From: Candidatus Saccharimonadia bacterium
Lineage (GTDB): Bacteria; Patescibacteriota; Saccharimonadia; UBA4664
Length of the DNA: 64,000 nt
NCBI GenBank assembly: GCA_036488585.1
Contig: DASXHH010000009.1
Location: 366-64,365 of the forward strand
Direction: 5' to 3'
The position numbers and the translations under genes are program-made. Positions 58,875 through 64,000 of this stretch are shown piece after piece (the stretch's first letter is position 1; every line of letters starts with the position of its first letter). The notes beneath the pieces are model-generated. The model saw only the letters and a list, made by a program, of their open reading frames with translations, was not told where the DNA came from and did no database searches.

Positions 58875-59264
58875 TCAGTGGCCAACTACGACGTTGTACA
58901 CCCATTGTCCGAGGCCGGTGCTAGCCACGAACAGCAGGAAGCCCAAGAAGGCGACTACAACGAACGTTCTCGAGCCCTTGGCGATGAGCACAAGTATGAC
59001 GAGCGCGACCACCATGATCCAGCCCAAGGCCGAAAAGTTGGTATTGATCAGGCTGTAGGGATCGGGCGCAGCGATATGGAACGCCCGCAGGATGGCGGCA
59101 TGAATAGCCAAACCGGGACCGGTGGCAGCCAGGACAACGCCCGCAAACGCGGCCAGGACAGCGGCAGCCTTGTCGCCCAGGCCCCTGGCCTTGGCGATAG
59201 CGATGATGGCAAGCCCTAGCGCCACTAGGCCAAGGACGTCGTTCCAGCCGAGGTGCTTGATCAC
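58875..59264 (-). CDS. Hypothetical 4-TM membrane protein
   Basis: GGAG SD before GTG 59264; hairpin at 58814-58849 after the stop; internal two-fold repeat (LGW...AKA/G). Confidence 0.6.
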   Translation of the reverse strand: MIKHLGWNDVLGLVALGLAIIAIAKARGLGDKAAAVLAAFAGVVLAATGPGLAIHAAILRAFHIAAPDPYSLINTNFSALGWIMVVALVILVLIAKGSRTFVVVAFLGFLLFVASTGLGQWVYNVVVGH

Positions 59265-59462
59265 CGACGGCTCCCTTCCGTGGATTTTCAATTCCAACCC
59301 TGGTTTAGAGTTGGCGTAGTTATTTTCAAATTCTTAGCGGGTAATGTAAATGTTTTTTAACACATTTACGCGATGGGCAGAGATTTTTCCTTGACATAAG
59401 TAAAAAAGAGGTGTATAAAGTGCTAGCGTTCCATGGCCAAAAATCTAGGTCAAGGAGGTCCC

Positions 59463-59879
59463 ATGAGCGCAAGAAATCCGGACAGACCGGACAGAGCTGA
59501 AGTGTCCAGGCGTCCAGCCAGGCCGTTCAGTTGGCCGGCAGCCATCGGGCTAGTTCTGGTGTTGGTGGTTGTCGGGTTCCTGTTCTCGGCCCTACACGTC
59601 GGGAGCTTGGCGATTCACCTGACCCAGTTCCTCATCGCGTTGGCGACGGCGGCGTACTGGCGGGGAACGAACCGCGACGGCTGGCTTTTGCTAGTGGCCG
59701 TCACCCTGGTCGCCGGCCTGAACAGCCTGCCCATCGGTCAGTGGACCCTGCTCCTGGATGTGCTGGCGGTGATCGGTACGTACGTCTACGGACGGCACCG
59801 GCGATCCGCAGCCATCAGCCCCCAGGGCCCCGGCAACACGCAGCCCATCGACCCCGGAGTCCACGGACCCAACGCCTGA
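59463..59879 (+). CDS. Hypothetical 4-TM membrane protein
   Basis: TTGACA-17-TATAAA promoter at 59391-59419, AAGGAGG SD, hairpin at 59897-59935. Confidence 0.65.
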   Translation: MSARNPDRPDRAEVSRRPARPFSWPAAIGLVLVLVVVGFLFSALHVGSLAIHLTQFLIALATAAYWRGTNRDGWLLLVAVTLVAGLNSLPIGQWTLLLDVLAVIGTYVYGRHRRSAAISPQGPGNTQPIDPGVHGPNA

Positions 59880-59963
59880 CCGGGTCGCCCCCCCTACGCC
59901 CGGCCGGACCCGCTTCATGCGGGACCGGCCGGGCGCTGAAGTTTTTATAGGCTGACTAGAGAG

Positions 59964-60497
59964 TTACCACCACTTGTCGGACTGGGCCCGCTCGGAGCAT
60001 TCGCGGATGATCTTCCAGGCCTCGTCCGGGCCCAGGATGCCGCGCACGTTGGTGCCGCCCTTTTTGAGATCCTTGTAGTGGTTGAAGTGATGGGTAATTT
60101 GTTTCTTCCATTGCTCACCCAGCTCGTCCACATGCTTGATCTCGCCATAATGCCGGTCGTCTGAGGGTACGGCCACCACTTTATGGTCATTTTCGCCGTC
60201 GTCTTCGAAGTCGACCAGCCCGATTACACGGCACTCCTCTACCACCAAGCCCATCGGCAACGGCTCGCCGGTGACTAACAGTACATCGAGCTCATCGCCG
60301 TCCTCGTCGAGGGTTTGCGGTATAAAACCATAGTTTACGGGTTTGGCGAAAATGCCCGGCTCCACGCGATCCAGAATAAAGTAGCCCTTCTTGCGGGCCC
60401 ATTCGGCCTTGAGCATCGAACCCTTAGGGATCTCGATTACAGCAGTGATATAGTCGCCGTCTTTGCCAAAAGTGATGTCATTAAAAGGATAACTCAT
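59964..60497 (-). CDS. ppa: Inorganic pyrophosphatase (family I)
   Basis: IEIPKGS, NYGFIPQTLDEDGDELDV, DHK; start MSYP. Confidence 0.95.
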   Translation of the reverse strand: MSYPFNDITFGKDGDYITAVIEIPKGSMLKAEWARKKGYFILDRVEPGIFAKPVNYGFIPQTLDEDGDELDVLLVTGEPLPMGLVVEECRVIGLVDFEDDGENDHKVVAVPSDDRHYGEIKHVDELGEQWKKQITHHFNHYKDLKKGGTNVRGILGPDEAWKIIRECSERAQSDKWW

Positions 60498-60679
60498 GGG
60501 TCTCCAGATGTTAGTTTTCGCGAACATCATAACACGACCAGATTCCTGATTGCTGGCTGAGCTTGGGCGTTTTGCCAAAGGTAGGGAATACCATGGACTA
60601 AGTATTGGAGGAACTACCATTATCCTAATAACCTCGAGACAGCTATTTTTAGTTGGCAATTAATGTGGAGGAACGCGAT

Positions 60680-60943
60680 ATGTTCTGGACAATTGTGACC
60701 TGGATCATTCTCGGGGCGCTCGCGGGATGGATCGCAAGCATTATTACCGGCACCAACGCCCAAGTGAACGGCGTGATGAACGTGGTGGTCGGTATAATCG
60801 GGGCGTTCATCGGCGGCCTGGTGCTGCAGCTCCTAGGCGCCGGCACCCCCAGCGGCTTCAACCTGGCGAGCCTGCTGACCGCCATCCTAGGCGCGGTAAT
60901 CCTGCTGTCGCTGGTGCGGGCTTTCCGGCGCGACACCCTGTAG
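60680..60943 (+). CDS. GlsB/YeaQ/YmgE (transglycosylase-associated) membrane protein
   Basis: WIILGALAGWIAS...NVVVGIIGAFIGG...AILGAVILL; GGAGG SD. Confidence 0.92.
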   Translation: MFWTIVTWIILGALAGWIASIITGTNAQVNGVMNVVVGIIGAFIGGLVLQLLGAGTPSGFNLASLLTAILGAVILLSLVRAFRRDTL

Positions 60944-60962
60944 ACAGTTACCAGTAGCGCGC

Positions 60963-61000
60963 AAAACGGCCCCGCTTTTCATGGCGGGGCCGTTTTTTTT
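60963..61000. terminator. Bidirectional intrinsic terminator
   Basis: aaaacggccccgc...gcggggccgtttttttt between convergent genes. Confidence 0.8.
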
Positions 61001-61010
61001 GGGACTAGCG

Positions 61011-61262
61011 CTAGGCGAGGCCGAGTTCTTGAGTGAGGCGGGGCTGGTCGAAACCGATGATGCCCACTTTTTGACCATCGTCTTTGGTGATGACGGTGAA
61101 CGGCACTCCCATCTGGCCCGATAGGTGGACCATTTCGTGTGCGGCCTGCTCATCTGCTTCTACGTTCACATCCTCGAATTTCACCCCTTTTTCGGTCAGA
61201 AATTTCATTTCAGCTTTGCAGAAGGCGCACCAGGTAGTGGAATAAATTTTAACGTTTGGCAT
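61011..61262 (-). CDS. Glutaredoxin (NrdH/YruB-like)
   Basis: YSTTWCAFC, SGQMGVP, IGFD. Confidence 0.92.
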   Translation of the reverse strand: MPNVKIYSTTWCAFCKAEMKFLTEKGVKFEDVNVEADEQAAHEMVHLSGQMGVPFTVITKDDGQKVGIIGFDQPRLTQELGLA

Positions 61263-61316
61263 AGTAATGATTGTTCTCCTATATTCACTATACCAAATGA
61301 AGCAATAGGGGGCTGT

Positions 61317-61946
61317 CTAGTTGGTGGTAGCTGGGGCAGCGGTGGAGTCGCCGAGCACTTGAGACTTGGCGGGAGCGGGCTGGATCGTGGGGGTGGGGCT
61401 CGGACTGGGAGTAGGACTCGGTGTGACCGCCGGGCTGGGCGTGGGCATGGGCATGGGCATGGGGCTGGCTAGCGGCATGGGCGTCGATGCGGGCGGGGCC
61501 GGCACAGGCGTGGTAGTGGTTTGCACGCTGGAAGCCTTGGGCTGAGCCACTCGTTTGATGGCGGTGAGTCGCATGTCGCGCTGGGCCGGCTGGGCTGCTG
61601 CGGGGCTGAGACCGGGCGAGGGCACCAGCTGGCTGCGAGCAATGCCCGTGTGGTTGACCGTATGCTGCGGTGCCGGCTGGTGGCCCAGGAGGCTCGCAAC
61701 CGTCTTGCTGCCGACCGACAGCAACGCCACCGCGCCACCAATGGCGGCCAAGATGATAAAGAAGCGGGGCATGTGAATACGCAGGAAATGACGCCGCAGG
61801 TTAATGGTTTTTTTAACTTTTTCGAGATCGGTGCCCCTGAGGTAGTTAGAGAGATGATTGAAGGGCACACGCAGGCTGCGGCCGTCCTTGAATGACAGCA
61901 GCACTATCTTATCGGTTTCTATACTGTAGTTGACCAATTCACTCAT
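61317..61946 (-). CDS. Hypothetical single-TM protein with Pro/Thr/Ser-rich tail
   Basis: One TM helix, low-complexity tail, C-terminal QVLG. Confidence 0.65.
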   Translation of the reverse strand: MSELVNYSIETDKIVLLSFKDGRSLRVPFNHLSNYLRGTDLEKVKKTINLRRHFLRIHMPRFFIILAAIGGAVALLSVGSKTVASLLGHQPAPQHTVNHTGIARSQLVPSPGLSPAAAQPAQRDMRLTAIKRVAQPKASSVQTTTTPVPAPPASTPMPLASPMPMPMPTPSPAVTPSPTPSPSPTPTIQPAPAKSQVLGDSTAAPATTN

Positions 61947-62049
61947 GCGGGCATGGTAGCACTAAGCGGTATGGCCGTCATTTGTTGAAAGTTCCTAAGG
62001 ATAAGAATTGTTGGCTTAATCTGGGGACAAAGGGCTGTGGAAAAAGAAA

Positions 62050-62217
62050 TTATCCGTGGACTAATTTATAGGCACCCCAGATTCCCACGATTCCGCCAAT
62101 GGTGCTGAGCAGGATGCCCCAGCCCGAGAAGTCGCTGGCGTGCCAGAGCCCGGGAACCAACCCGCCGAGGGTGGCGCCGATACCTCCACCGAGGTAGTAC
62201 AGGCTCTTGTTGCTCAC
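62050..62217 (-). CDS. 55-aa Gly-rich 2-TM micro-protein, absent from the ORF track
   Basis: MSNKSLYYLGGGIGATLGGLVPGLWHASDFSGWGILLSTIGGIVGIWGAYKLVHG*; GTGA overlap with the galU stop. Confidence 0.7.
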   Translation of the reverse strand: MSNKSLYYLGGGIGATLGGLVPGLWHASDFSGWGILLSTIGGIVGIWGAYKLVHG

Positions 62218-63122
62218 GCGAGCTGGGCCTTTTGAGCTAGCTTGTCTTTGAGGTAGCGCTCAAAGTCGGGCGCGATGGTCGGGTCATCGAGGGCGACATC
62301 CACGATGGCTTCGAGGTACTTCTGCTTGTTACCAGCGTCGTGCCAACGACCGTCGATGACGCGGGCAATTACCTGGCCGTCGTGGTCTTTGGCGAAATGG
62401 TTGATGGCGTTGGCCAGCACTAGCTCGCCGGACTTGTCGGGCTCAAGCTCGTTGACGTATTTCATCATTTCGGGAGTGAAGATGTAGCCGGCGGTGCTGG
62501 CGAAGACCTTGCCGTCGTGTTGGGGGGCATCGGCGGGGTCGGGCTTCTCGATAAGGCCAGAGAGCTCGAGGGAATGGTCGTCGATGACGCGCTTAATGTC
62601 AGCCACGCCGTAGTTTTTGGCCCGGCTCTGCTCCACCGGCACCACCGCGATTACCGGTTGCTGGTACTGATTGAAGGCCTCCATGAGCTGAACGGCGCGC
62701 GGCACCTGGGAGTTGAAGAAATCATCGGCGAACAAGACGAGGAACGGCTCGTTTTCGAGCAAGTGGGCAGCGTTGAGCACGGGCGTGGCGTTGCCGTAGA
62801 GACCTTTTTGGCGCAGGTAAATGAAGTTACCTAGCTCGGCCACCTTCTCCATGCGCTCGGCGAGCTCGACTTTGCCGTCTTTGCGCAGTTTTTGCTCCAG
62901 CTCGTACTGGTGGTCGAAGTGATCCTCGATGGTGCGCTTGTTGGCGCTGCCGACGATAATGATGTCGGTAATGCCGGCGGCAACAGCCTCCTCGACGACG
63001 TACTGAATGATGGGCTTGTCAATGATGGGCAGCATTTCCTTGGGCATGGCCTTGGTCATAGGCAGGAAGCGCGTGCCTAGGCCGGCGGCGGCGATGACGG
63101 CCTTGGTAACTTTTTTCGGCAT
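62214..63122 (-). CDS. galU: UTP--glucose-1-phosphate uridylyltransferase
   Basis: AAGLGTRFLPMTKAMPKEMLPIIDKP; AAGGAG SD before MPKK. Confidence 0.93.
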   Translation of the reverse strand: MPKKVTKAVIAAAGLGTRFLPMTKAMPKEMLPIIDKPIIQYVVEEAVAAGITDIIIVGSANKRTIEDHFDHQYELEQKLRKDGKVELAERMEKVAELGNFIYLRQKGLYGNATPVLNAAHLLENEPFLVLFADDFFNSQVPRAVQLMEAFNQYQQPVIAVVPVEQSRAKNYGVADIKRVIDDHSLELSGLIEKPDPADAPQHDGKVFASTAGYIFTPEMMKYVNELEPDKSGELVLANAINHFAKDHDGQVIARVIDGRWHDAGNKQKYLEAIVDVALDDPTIAPDFERYLKDKLAQKAQLA

Positions 63123-63153
63123 TGTCTCTCCTTGGTACAAACGCAGTTTACTA

Positions 63154-64000
63154 CTAGAGCTGGGTCCGGAAAAGGTTAGCGCCAGCTTCGGCAAGCCGTG
63201 CCAGACGGCCGCGCTGAGGCCAAGTGGCGGGCTGGATGTGCGTGGCGTGCTCGAGGTCGGTGCGGAAACTGCGGTCGAGAGCGGCCACTAGCTCGAGGTC
63301 AGTGACGGCGACATTGAGCTCGTCGTTGAGGACCAGCGAGCGATCGTCGAGGTTGGTCGAGCCGATGGTGGCCCAGGATGAGTCGGCGGTAATAATTTTG
63401 CCATGGTGCATGCCACGATACTCGTAAAGCTTAACGCTACCCGCCAGCAGCTGGGCGTAGGAGGCACGGCCGGCTTGGCGGGTGATTTTGTGGTTGGTGA
63501 GCGGGCCGTTGGTGAGCACCCGCACATCCACGCCGCGGCCAGCCGCCCGGATGAGGCCGGCGATAATCTGTTCCGAGGGCACGAAGTAGGCCGAGGTGAT
63601 CCAGAGACGCTCCCGCGACTGGTCGATCACCGCGTGCACCAGCTTCTCCATGCTGGTAGGGCGGAGACGCCGGCCGGCGGTGCTGGAGACGACTTGGACA
63701 GCAGTATGGCCGTTTATGGGGACTGGCGGGTGGTCGGGGAGCTGCTCGCCGGCGCATTCGGCCCAGTTTTCGGCGAAACTCGCACGCAAATCCGCGCAGG
63801 CCGGGCCCGTGATGCGGCAGTGGGTTTCGCGCCAATGATGGGCGTCCTGGCCGGCGCCAGTCCACTCGTCGGCGATGCCAACGCCGCCAGTGAAGCTGAT
63901 GTTGCCATCAACGATCAGAATTTTGCGGTGGCTACGGTTATTGAATTTTTGGAGGTAGGGCCAACGCACCGGCCTAAACCAGCCGAGCTTCACTCCGGCG
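63154..64000 (-). CDS. Phospholipase D-family protein, cardiolipin synthase-like (5' end outside the window)
   Basis: Two HKD motifs (HRKILIVD, HGKIITAD), SAYFVP, GSTNLDDRS. Confidence 0.9.
   Translation of the reverse strand, partial: AGVKLGWFRPVRWPYLQKFNNRSHRKILIVDGNISFTGGVGIADEWTGAGQDAHHWRETHCRITGPACADLRASFAENWAECAGEQLPDHPPVPINGHTAVQVVSSTAGRRLRPTSMEKLVHAVIDQSRERLWITSAYFVPSEQIIAGLIRAAGRGVDVRVLTNGPLTNHKITRQAGRASYAQLLAGSVKLYEYRGMHHGKIITADSSWATIGSTNLDDRSLVLNDELNVAVTDLELVAALDRSFRTDLEHATHIQPATWPQRGRLARLAEAGANLFRTQL

Noticed and set aside
58734-59219. Hydrophilic 161-aa ORF resembling a stress protein
   Set aside because: Antisense of the hydrophobic 58875-59264 gene, which has an SD and a downstream hairpin.

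Overview
64-kb bacterial chromosome segment, GC-rich in coding regions with AT-rich intergenic spacers, standard genetic code. Gene content (split transketolase next to rpe-rpiB-gap, class II fba, pfkB, LOG-type protein, CAP and PH-domain proteins, several tiny membrane proteins, many leaderless starts) suggests a Patescibacteria/CPR organism, probably Saccharibacteria; this is inferred, not proven. From left to right: (1) accessory cassettes downstream of tRNA-Leu(CAG), bounded by tRNA 3'-end fragments; (2) oppA-like, secG and pepP; (3) the most interesting locus, 8985-14422, containing a short-chain polyprenyl diphosphate synthase, an OmpR-type regulator, an unannotated 37-aa peptide with a single Trp, a perfect Shine-Dalgarno and its own terminator, a polytopic histidine kinase, and a fused class II (DxDD) + class I (DDxxD/NDxxxD) terpene-synthase-like enzyme, together resembling a ComQXPA-like terpenylated-peptide signalling system; (4) uvrC, uvrA and uvrB interspersed with orphans; (5) an 11-kb glycosyltransferase/phosphoesterase/GtrA-kinase cluster; (6) a GT2 plus two polysaccharide deacetylases with two unannotated micro-ORFs, one essentially a bare LPXTG sorting signal; (7) sugar-phosphate metabolism genes interrupted by single-gene cassettes; (8) ppa, glutaredoxin, galU and a PLD/cardiolipin synthase cut by the window edge. 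No CRISPR array, rRNA, intact integrase or transposase was seen. All protein calls rest on motif recognition by eye, with no database searches.
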